From an uncultured virus (IMG/VR IMGVR_UViG_3300044727_000045) (Duplodnaviria > Heunggongvirae > Uroviricota > Caudoviricetes), in the IMG/VR virus record IMGVR_UViG_3300044727_000045: a stretch of 32,112 bases of DNA; one strand, given 5' to 3'. Positions 17,507 through 23,822 of this stretch are shown in pieces; within the stretch, counting starts at the first letter, position 1; each line of letters opens with the position of its first letter. The translations under genes were made by a program, and so were the position numbers. The notes below the pieces were generated by a model. The model did not search any database, was not told the origin of the DNA, and worked only from the letters and a program-made list of their open reading frames with translations.

Positions 17507-17746
17507 ATGAAAGCGTTACCTGTCCACGGGCACGTGATCCCCCTGCCTTCCCACGTCATGTTCATCGGGCGCAATACCCGCAGGAAGGAAGTGGTGGTGA
17601 TTTTTCGCGGTGGATATAAGGGGTATGCCTACAGTCTCCACGACAGCTATAGCAAGAGGCTGTGCTGTTTGCTTGCTCAGCATCCACAACCTGGAACGTT
17701 TGTGAGCAAGTACTTGCGCAAATTTCCCACCCAGATACTTGAGTGA
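17507..17746 (+). CDS. KTSC-like domain protein
   Basis: SHV..IG.....EVVVIF.GG..Y.Y.....L......G.FV...LR pattern. Confidence 0.5.
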   Translation: MKALPVHGHVIPLPSHVMFIGRNTRRKEVVVIFRGGYKGYAYSLHDSYSKRLCCLLAQHPQPGTFVSKYLRKFPTQILE

Positions 17747-17927
17747 TGATAATATCAACTGGGAGTATGTGCAATCACTTCTGTTCAGGATGCGGAGTGC
17801 GTATTGTGTCACACCGCATACCTGGCGGACAGATGTGCCGTATCAACAATCCCAACCTCAAGTGCCAACCCTGCCTGAAAAAGGCCCCTTGAAAGAAGTG
17901 TTAGTATGGATCCAGTTCGGATTCTAA
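17739..17927 (+). CDS. Hypothetical protein
   Basis: ORF in a coupled chain. Confidence 0.4.
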   Translation: MSDDNINWEYVQSLLFRMRSAYCVTPHTWRTDVPYQQSQPQVPTLPEKGPLKEVLVWIQFGF

Positions 17928-18076
17928 AAGAAATCATCGAGTACCTGAACGAGCACCCCGTTGCGGGTGAGCATCTGGTCACCTTCGAAGATCCAGAGGG
18001 TACCGAGGGGGATGCCGAAGCCAGGATCAGTTGGGGAGGCAATGACCTGTTCGACATTCGTATCGAGCGGGTCTAG
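17906..18076 (+). CDS. 56-aa hypothetical protein
   Basis: MDPVRILKEIIEYLNEHP...FDIRIERV*; stop immediately before the next promoter. Confidence 0.55.
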   Translation: MDPVRILKEIIEYLNEHPVAGEHLVTFEDPEGTEGDAEARISWGGNDLFDIRIERV

Positions 18077-18083
18077 CCACAGA

Positions 18084-18134
18084 TTGCACCCTGGAAGCTG
18101 CGGGCTGTATGCTTATAGGGTGCAGCAGTGCACC
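18084..18134 (+). promoter_or_regulatory. Repeat-class promoter plus hairpin
   Basis: GATTGCAC-N18-TATGCT; GGTGCA..TGCACC hairpin. Confidence 0.65.
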
Positions 18135-18167
18135 AAGAAATGCGCATAAGCGCAAAGGAGTATAGAC

Positions 18168-18443
18168 GTGGCAGTTAAGACGGCTAAGAAGGCCGCTCCG
18201 CTACCGGAGTGGAAGAGCACTGAGGCGGAGACGCTGATGAAGCGTCGCACCAATGCCTTCATGGCAAAGCATGGCACGAGCGAGGCCTTCGCGGACTTGC
18301 AGGTGCTTCTCACCCTCAGCACCAAGCTGACGGGTTACCGTCGCCCCGCGCAGATGATTTGCGCGTACAAGGCCCCTGAGCCTGAGGCCGAGGAGCCAGA
18401 GGCTGAAGCGGCTGAGGAAGAGGCCGAGGAAGAGGAAGAGTAG
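18168..18443 (+). CDS. Small protein with Glu-rich tail
   Basis: SD AAGGAG; ends EAAEEEAEEEEE. Confidence 0.7.
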   Translation: MAVKTAKKAAPLPEWKSTEAETLMKRRTNAFMAKHGTSEAFADLQVLLTLSTKLTGYRRPAQMICAYKAPEPEAEEPEAEAAEEEAEEEEE

Positions 18444-18445
18444 CA

Positions 18446-18676
18446 TTGCCTACTGCTTTTATCACCTGCCAGATTAAAGACCTGAATGAGGACGAGGAAG
18501 TCTGCCCTAACAAGGCAGACTTGCAGGTCACGTATCCAACGGGTGCCATTGGCGATGAATGGTTCTATCTCTGTCTGGAGCACTTTGTAGAGAGTGTCAA
18601 CACCGACGTCAAGGTTCCAGCTGATAGCTGGCCCATTGATTGGGTCCAGCGGGTGAAGTACCTGAGTGTCTTCTAG
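18446..18676 (+). CDS. Hypothetical Zn-binding protein
   Basis: C..C..CxxH. Confidence 0.55.
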   Translation: MPTAFITCQIKDLNEDEEVCPNKADLQVTYPTGAIGDEWFYLCLEHFVESVNTDVKVPADSWPIDWVQRVKYLSVF

Positions 18677-18696
18677 AAACGTTCTCGTATTCGCGT

Positions 18697-18726
18697 GGGC
18701 TGCCCGCAATGGCAGCCCTTCTTTTT
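18697..18726 (+). terminator. Intrinsic terminator
   Basis: GGGCTGCC/GGCAGCCC plus TTCTTTTT. Confidence 0.75.
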
Positions 18727-18734
18727 GCCCTGGA

Positions 18735-18764
18735 TAGCTTACCAGACGTCTGTACGGCTATACT
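18735..18764 (+). promoter_or_regulatory. Repeat-class promoter
   Basis: AGACGTCT at 18744, TATACT 18759-18764. Confidence 0.55.
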
Positions 18765-18799
18765 GTGCACAGCACACCAAAACGCAAAGGTATTGAGTA

Positions 18800-19144
18800 A
18801 TGACGCAGCCTACTGAGGCCCCCGCACCCCCAACCGTGGACGAGGCTTACGCCCGTCTGCACAAGAGCATCTTGCGCCGTAGGGCGGTGGACCAACTGGT
18901 TGCCGCTATCAAGCGCGACCTGACCAGCCTGCCCAAGACCAGCATCATGGCACGGCGCAGCGTCAAGGTACTGGACTACATGCGCGGCTATATCGCCGCT
19001 GTGGAAGAAGAGCAGGTCCTGGCCGTGGAGGAGTACGAAGCGGCAGTGTATCAGGCCCGCAAGGTGCTGGAGCAGCCAGCCAAGAAAGTGCTGCCAAAGA
19101 AAGGAACCCTTGGCCGTGTCCGAAACGGAACAGCGCCAGCCTGA
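18800..19144 (+). CDS. Hypothetical helical protein
   Basis: GC3-rich ORF downstream of the promoter. Confidence 0.65.
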   Translation: MTQPTEAPAPPTVDEAYARLHKSILRRRAVDQLVAAIKRDLTSLPKTSIMARRSVKVLDYMRGYIAAVEEEQVLAVEEYEAAVYQARKVLEQPAKKVLPKKGTLGRVRNGTAPA

Positions 19145-19334
19145 GCATGGCGGGCCGTGGACGTGCGAAGACGCCACGTTCAGCGGTAAAATTTGCGGGA
19201 TGCCCGCACCCTATCTGGTGTCTTACGGGGGTGGCGACTCGACGCCGATGTGCCTGCCCCATGTCTGCCTCGAGCTAGAGGCAGCCAAGAACGACAGCGT
19301 TCAGCAACAGGAGTGGGTGATTACGTACACATGA
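19110..19334 (+). CDS. Hypothetical Zn-binding protein
   Basis: C..C..CxxH, same pattern as 18446-18676. Confidence 0.55.
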   Translation: MAVSETEQRQPEHGGPWTCEDATFSGKICGMPAPYLVSYGGGDSTPMCLPHVCLELEAAKNDSVQQQEWVITYT

Positions 19335-19384
19335 GTGAAGAACGTTTGGTGATTACATACATGAGTGAAGAACGTATGGTTATT
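19316..19384 (+). repeat. Imperfect ~30-nt tandem duplication at a gene junction
   Basis: GGTGATTAC..ACATGAGTGAAGAACGT occurs twice. Confidence 0.85.
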
Positions 19385-19765
19385 CTGGTTACGGGTGACC
19401 GTAACTGGACCAAGGCACACAGCGACGTTGTGCTGGAAGTCTTACAGGACTTCCAAGATGAGAACCCCATCGTGGTGCATGGGGCTGCTAAAGGGGTGGA
19501 CCTTCTTGCAGCCCGAATCGCAGAGGGGCTTGGCTACGAAGTGCATCCCCACCCTGCCCAATGGGATAAATACCACAAGGCGGCTGGTCCTATCCGCAAT
19601 CGAGAGATGCTGGAAGAGAACCCAAATCTGGTGTTCGCCTTCCACGATGACATAGTCGCCTCCAAGGGAACCAGGAACATGGTGAACCAGGCCGTTGAGG
19701 CTGGCATTCACACAATCCTGGTTACCAGTGATGGCCGACGCAAGCACATCAAGGCAAGATTGTAG
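19331..19765 (+). CDS. YspA/DUF2493-type SLOG protein
   Basis: ILVTGDRNW, VVHGAAKGVD, PAQW..Y.KAAGPIRNREML, AF......GT..M. Confidence 0.85.
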   Translation: MSEERLVITYMSEERMVILVTGDRNWTKAHSDVVLEVLQDFQDENPIVVHGAAKGVDLLAARIAEGLGYEVHPHPAQWDKYHKAAGPIRNREMLEENPNLVFAFHDDIVASKGTRNMVNQAVEAGIHTILVTSDGRRKHIKARL

Positions 19766-19789
19766 CTGGACAGTCGTAAGCCATACACT
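19760..19789 (+). promoter_or_regulatory. Repeat-class promoter driving a leaderless mRNA
   Basis: TTGTAG-N18-TACACT, GGACAGTCG box; ATG 6 nt downstream. Confidence 0.6.
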
Positions 19790-19795
19790 GTAGCC

Positions 19796-20215
19796 ATGCC
19801 AAAACTAGTTACCCTAGATAAGGGCCAGAAGCAAGAGATACTCCAATTGTATCAGCGTGGTGATGCAACGGTAGCCGAGCTGGCCGAGACATACGATGTC
19901 AGCACTACCTGGATTTACCGTCTGTTCAAAGGCAACAGAGTGAGACCGCATCGCGGAGTGCTGGTACAAGGTACCCCTGTGCCAGAAGAGACCGAGGTAC
20001 CGTTGGGCCGCAACAATGGTCAACTGGCAGTGGTTGTGGACAAGCACGATATAGTGCAGGCGACACACGCTGTCAGGCGTGTCGGAGTGACCACCTGGGA
20101 GATTCAGTACACAGGTACTGTCTTCATCGATGCCGTGGACGTGGAAGAAGCCATTACCGAGGCACGAAAGATTGGTGTGGTCAAGCGCATATATAGCGTG
20201 AGGGAGAAACAGTAG
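19796..20215 (+). CDS. HTH DNA-binding protein
   Basis: LYQRGDATVAELAETYDVSTTWIYRLFK. Confidence 0.75.
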   Translation: MPKLVTLDKGQKQEILQLYQRGDATVAELAETYDVSTTWIYRLFKGNRVRPHRGVLVQGTPVPEETEVPLGRNNGQLAVVVDKHDIVQATHAVRRVGVTTWEIQYTGTVFIDAVDVEEAITEARKIGVVKRIYSVREKQ

Positions 20216-20217
20216 GA

Positions 20218-20285
20218 TTGCACGTGGGATGTCGGCCATGCCATACTTTAGGCATGGCGCACCCAGGTAGTGCGCATAGGAGTGT
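20218..20285 (+). promoter_or_regulatory. Repeat-class promoter plus GCGCAC/GTGCGC hairpin plus RBS
   Basis: TTGCAC-N18-CATACT; AGGAGTGTA. Confidence 0.75.
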
Positions 20286-20510
20286 ATGATGGGTTTGACC
20301 CAAGAGCAGCTAAAGCGTCTGGCCTATGGTGCTAGCCATAGCATCATCAATCAGGCATTAGACAATGGTGAACTACCTACCATTGACCTTGACGAGTTCA
20401 TGCCACGGGGCTATGACATGAGTTCTCAGGACTATGATGACCTCCAGGCTACAATGGAAGGTATTGTGTTGAGTGACTTGTGGGAGGAGCAGGCAAAGCG
20501 TGACGTTTAG
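20286..20510 (+). CDS. Hypothetical protein
   Basis: Cassette RBS. Confidence 0.6.
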   Translation: MMGLTQEQLKRLAYGASHSIINQALDNGELPTIDLDEFMPRGYDMSSQDYDDLQATMEGIVLSDLWEEQAKRDV

Positions 20511-20772
20511 AGAATGGATGCTTGAGGCGGACCAGTATCCGCCAGGGCTATGTGTAGACTGTGGCATGTCTGTGCCAGGTGGAGATATCATTTGTGACTT
20601 CTGCAAGGGAGCCTGGCAAACCTACTCCTATACGGCTGGTAGGGACTTACGACAACGAGGATACTCTACTATTCAGCCAGGGGTACAAGAACTTTCGGGA
20701 CAAGACGCCGTGCAACTGGTGTTCCAAGAAGATGCCCCTGATGCACCGCTACGCAATAGCCAAGAAGGGTGA
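20500..20772 (+). CDS. Zn-finger protein
   Basis: GTG after GGAGGAG; CVDC and CDFC. Confidence 0.5.
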   Translation: MTFREWMLEADQYPPGLCVDCGMSVPGGDIICDFCKGAWQTYSYTAGRDLRQRGYSTIQPGVQELSGQDAVQLVFQEDAPDAPLRNSQEG

Positions 20773-20857
20773 ACCCATAGTGTTCGCTGAGGCTGTGTTC
20801 TGTAGCGTAGACTGCTGGCACAAGCGAGACCAAAGCCCTGTCATGCCCCCTCAGTAG
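20561..20857 (+). CDS. MYM/TRASH-like Zn-finger protein (start unclear)
   Basis: CNWC...FCSVDC. Confidence 0.5.
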   Translation: MACLCQVEISFVTSAREPGKPTPIRLVGTYDNEDTLLFSQGYKNFRDKTPCNWCSKKMPLMHRYAIAKKGEPIVFAEAVFCSVDCWHKRDQSPVMPPQ

Positions 20858-20862
20858 GGGGC

Positions 20863-20892
20863 TTGCACCCCAGACCTTCACCCTGCTACACT
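20863..20892 (+). promoter_or_regulatory. Repeat-class promoter upstream of the ORF/tRNA/ncRNA unit
   Basis: TTGCAC-N18-TACACT, AGACCTTCA box. Confidence 0.65.
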
Positions 20893-20944
20893 GTTGGTGG
20901 TTGGGCAGTACGGGCAAGCGTACGACAACTGGAGAGCAGACCAC

Positions 20945-21217
20945 ATGGAGAGGCTCTACCGACATCGCCCATACATGCAAGAGGGCATGTACGTAGTTGG
21001 GGTTAGGCCCAAGTCTTTGGGCGAAGGAGTGGTGGCAGTAGTCTACACGGTAGACTATGCAAAAGCGTGGCAGTTCTGGGATGACAACTTCCAGATGAAT
21101 TACGGTATCTACCAGTGGAGCCGTGGTGGTTTCATATGCGTAGGCCGAAAGATGAAACATAGGTTGGGGCACACCATCTGGGTACCAGTGCCACCAGACC
21201 GCATGAAAACGGCTTAG
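20945..21217 (+). CDS. Hypothetical protein
   Basis: ATG 20945 after GGAGAG. Confidence 0.55.
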   Translation: MERLYRHRPYMQEGMYVVGVRPKSLGEGVVAVVYTVDYAKAWQFWDDNFQMNYGIYQWSRGGFICVGRKMKHRLGHTIWVPVPPDRMKTA

Positions 21218-21498
21218 GAGCAGACATTGTGCAAACAATGCCTAAGTTCTACCATCTGCCCAAGCCACGGGTCGAGCTTCACTCCCTCCCCGTGGTGAGG
21301 TTAGGAGTGTGTATTACGTGGGCATCCCGCTACCAACGGGATGACGCAGCCTGGACCAACGCTGTTGGTAGCAGTTAGTAGTCGGGTTGTAGGGGTCTCG
21401 AGGGCGCGGAACGCTGAGACCTGAAATAAGGTGCGGTGCCGCTTCATGGGGTATCTGGTTACGGGTTTATCCTTTCGCCGTAGTCAGGTACCCCGCCT

Positions 21499-21572
21499 GC
21501 TTCAGTAGCTCAGTTTGGTAGAGCAAACGCCTCTTAAGCGTGAGGTTGTGGGTTCGAATCCCACCTGAAGCA
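21499..21572 (+). tRNA. tRNA-Lys(CTT); CCA not encoded
   Basis: Acceptor GCTTCAG/CTGAAGC, D arm GCTC/GAGC, anticodon loop CTCTTAA, T arm GTGGG-TTCGAAT-CCCAC, discriminator A. Confidence 0.95.
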
Positions 21573-21574
21573 CC

Positions 21575-21776
21575 GGAGAGAATGCAGCTAAAGATGGGAT
21601 ACTGTCACGTAACTACCCATTGCCCTTGGAGGTGGTACCACCAGGGTGACGCAGCCCGTGACGGCATTCTCTCCTTGACTTGGTAGGCATGGTGACCAGG
21701 GAGATCCTGGTACGGAGTTAAATGTGCTCTCATGAAACACCTGCCGAGACTTGGTGGTGCATAGTACCCACCAAGT
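21575..21776 (+). ncRNA. Candidate structured RNA domains in the tRNA trailer
   Basis: Three consecutive closed domains: 21575-21674 (with possible pseudoknot), 21679-21748 (multi-branch) and 21749-21776 (hairpin). Confidence 0.55.
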
Positions 21777-21777
21777 T

Positions 21778-21818
21778 GGACAGGGGGCTGGTGATGCGGC
21801 CCCCTGTCCTTTCTTTTT
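21778..21818 (+). terminator. Intrinsic terminator of the tRNA unit
   Basis: GGACAGGGGGCTG/CGGCCCCCTGTCC plus TTTCTTTTT. Confidence 0.85.
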
Positions 21819-21829
21819 GTCTAAAAACC

Positions 21830-22180
21830 ATGATACCAACACAGCTTCTCTGGGCACTAGGATACAAGGGTGCCGTTATTGTCTTATCCGGTGACTACCG
21901 CAGTAACAGGCACATCATTAAGAAGAGTGGTGTGACACTGTGTGGCATCAAGACCCGTAAGCAGAAAGATATCAGGGTAGACGGTAAGTTCAAAGGATTT
22001 GAGCCAGGGTCTATCGTTGAGGTCTATGGGTTCTATGGTTCTGGCCGCTGCAAAGAGTGCTTGACTACGTACTACAGACGCAGGCTCAGTCCAGATGGGA
22101 ACAAGCTGTACAGGCTGTACCACGCCAGACTCAAGCTGGGATTGCCCCTGCGAACATCTAGGGCTGTACACTGTGCCTAG
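21830..22180 (+). CDS. Hypothetical Zn-binding protein
   Basis: H......TLCG...CKEC. Confidence 0.5.
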   Translation: MIPTQLLWALGYKGAVIVLSGDYRSNRHIIKKSGVTLCGIKTRKQKDIRVDGKFKGFEPGSIVEVYGFYGSGRCKECLTTYYRRRLSPDGNKLYRLYHARLKLGLPLRTSRAVHCA

Positions 22181-22226
22181 CGGCACTAGGTGTGCTGCAT
22201 ACTGAGAAGAAAGGAGGAGAGAGCTT

Positions 22227-22553
22227 ATGAGAAGCCTACGTATTCTGGTAGTTGCAGCGAGTCTTGCCGTTACCGCGCTGATTCCAGCCGCCGTGTCGGC
22301 AGCGGACTGCACCAGTTATCCTGTGGGTAGTGGTGGACGCATGTCGAGCTTGAGCTGTGACAACGGTGTGACGGGTAGCACCTATTGTTACGGTTCGGAC
22401 AATCGCTATTGCAACACGACCTACAGTAATGGAACCAGCGGTTCCACAACGTGGTCCCAGAACGGCAAGTACGGCGATACTACGTATTCCAACGGTAGCA
22501 CGTCTACGACGTACTGCTGGAATCCTAAGTACTGTAGCACCACGTATCCGTGA
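22227..22553 (+). CDS. Secreted small protein with T/S/Y/G beta-hairpin repeats
   Basis: SD AAGGAGG; signal peptide ending VSA; repeated (T)TYSNGxxxxT; six Cys. Confidence 0.75.
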   Translation: MRSLRILVVAASLAVTALIPAAVSAADCTSYPVGSGGRMSSLSCDNGVTGSTYCYGSDNRYCNTTYSNGTSGSTTWSQNGKYGDTTYSNGSTSTTYCWNPKYCSTTYP

Positions 22554-22587
22554 GTAGTGGCGGGCTTTAGCCCGCCTTTCACAAGGA

Positions 22588-22827
22588 GTGAGTGTGATTG
22601 TTGTTCTAGTGCATAAGCCAGATGAGGTGGTAACGCCTGCCTTGTCCCCGTTTGATGGCATTAGTGTCTACGGTATCTACTATGAATCGGAGCATGCTGC
22701 TGTTATCAGCATGGTAGAGACACTGATGCACGAGCACCCAGATTGGGCGTTCGTCACGACCAGCAACCACAAGATTAGTGTGGGTTTCAACGTGGCCCCA
22801 AGGCCGACACCCAAAAAGAGGGACTAA
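22588..22827 (+). CDS. Hypothetical protein
   Basis: SD AAGGAG (start 22588 or 22594). Confidence 0.55.
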   Translation: MSVIVVLVHKPDEVVTPALSPFDGISVYGIYYESEHAAVISMVETLMHEHPDWAFVTTSNHKISVGFNVAPRPTPKKRD

Positions 22828-23099
22828 TGGCATTTCCGACCCAAGAGCAAGAAGAGATGGCCAAGGCTATTTCTCAGTTTGTCAACCGCTACGGCGGCAG
22901 TGCTTCTATCAAAGCATTGGCTGAGGAGCTGGCGAACGACCATCCAACGTTGCAGCAAGGTACCATGCGTCTGTTCGTAGCCTTTGTCAGGGCTATGGCA
23001 GCCAAAGAGTACAGTGATGGACGTAATGAGGCCAGCGTAAATCTGGCCAAGCAATTGGTTGATGAATGGGGCGATGGCCCCTATCTGCCGCTAGTCTAA
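22827..23099 (+). CDS. Phage hypothetical protein (HxTLQQ...DxRNE motif)
   Basis: TAATG coupling; motif recurrent in phage hypotheticals. Confidence 0.65.
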   Translation: MAFPTQEQEEMAKAISQFVNRYGGSASIKALAEELANDHPTLQQGTMRLFVAFVRAMAAKEYSDGRNEASVNLAKQLVDEWGDGPYLPLV

Positions 23100-23251
23100 T
23101 GAAAGCGGGAGCGGTATTATTGGCGACAGGGTTTGTGCTGACGGCAGTAGCCTCTGGGGTTGTGCTGCTCGGCCATATGTGGCCTGAGGGTATCACTGTA
23201 CTCTGGTTCAGTGCTTTCTTCTTTGGGCGTGCTTCGGGATACTATGAATAG
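23099..23251 (+). CDS. Small two-TM membrane protein
   Basis: TAATG coupling; hydrophobic. Confidence 0.55.
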   Translation: MKAGAVLLATGFVLTAVASGVVLLGHMWPEGITVLWFSAFFFGRASGYYE

Positions 23252-23432
23252 GGACAAGAAATTGCGAGACGCAACGCTAATCCAACTGCTGGCTGCACGT
23301 CGGGCTGCCGAGCATCAGGTTGAATCAACGCAGACCGAGACCAGCCGAAAGCTGGTTGTCGTACCGCAGCATGTGTGGGACGGCTTGATGGCCGCTACGC
23401 AGGCTGTTCTAATCGAGGAGATTGAGGGCTAG
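23244..23432 (+). CDS. Hypothetical protein
   Basis: ATG 23244, coupled. Confidence 0.5.
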   Translation: MNRDKKLRDATLIQLLAARRAAEHQVESTQTETSRKLVVVPQHVWDGLMAATQAVLIEEIEG

Positions 23433-23748
23433 GGTGAAAAAGCGGCGCATCACTGATGAGCAGGCCAGACTTCTGGCCATCTCATTCATCAACAGAGTAG
23501 TCTCAACAGAACTCGGGGATGTTCTCAAGAAACCTGTGGCACCATACGAGGGATGGAAGCAAGACCATCTGCGTGATACGCTGCCAGAGAAATGGAATGA
23601 TGGGCAAACTAGCGCGGAAAGTTGGGACCAGATCTGGCAAGAGACACGCTACCAACTAGCCAAGATTATGTTGTGCCTCGCAGAAGAAGGTGAGGCGGTC
23701 GAGAAATCTAACCCTGCCTTCAGGTTCTACGGTACTGAACCTGGCTAG
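23422..23748 (+). CDS. Hypothetical protein
   Basis: ORF ends right before the promoter. Confidence 0.55.
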   Translation: MRARVKKRRITDEQARLLAISFINRVVSTELGDVLKKPVAPYEGWKQDHLRDTLPEKWNDGQTSAESWDQIWQETRYQLAKIMLCLAEEGEAVEKSNPAFRFYGTEPG

Positions 23749-23750
23749 GA

Positions 23751-23808
23751 TTGCACCCTAGACAGTCTATGCCGCATAATGTGCCCAAGCGCAAGTAGGG
23801 CTTGCGCA
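23751..23808 (+). promoter_or_regulatory. Repeat-class promoter with perfect AGACAGTCT box plus hairpin
   Basis: TTGCAC-N18-CATAAT; GCGCAAG..CTTGCGC. Confidence 0.8.
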
Positions 23809-23822
23809 TATGACTGTGAGGA

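Noticed and set aside
21573..21750. Theta/HDV-like or hammerhead ribozyme after the tRNA
   Set aside because: Could not place the nested P1-P2-P3/P1.1 topology with catalytic C, or the CUGANGA/GAAA core; retained as an unknown structure
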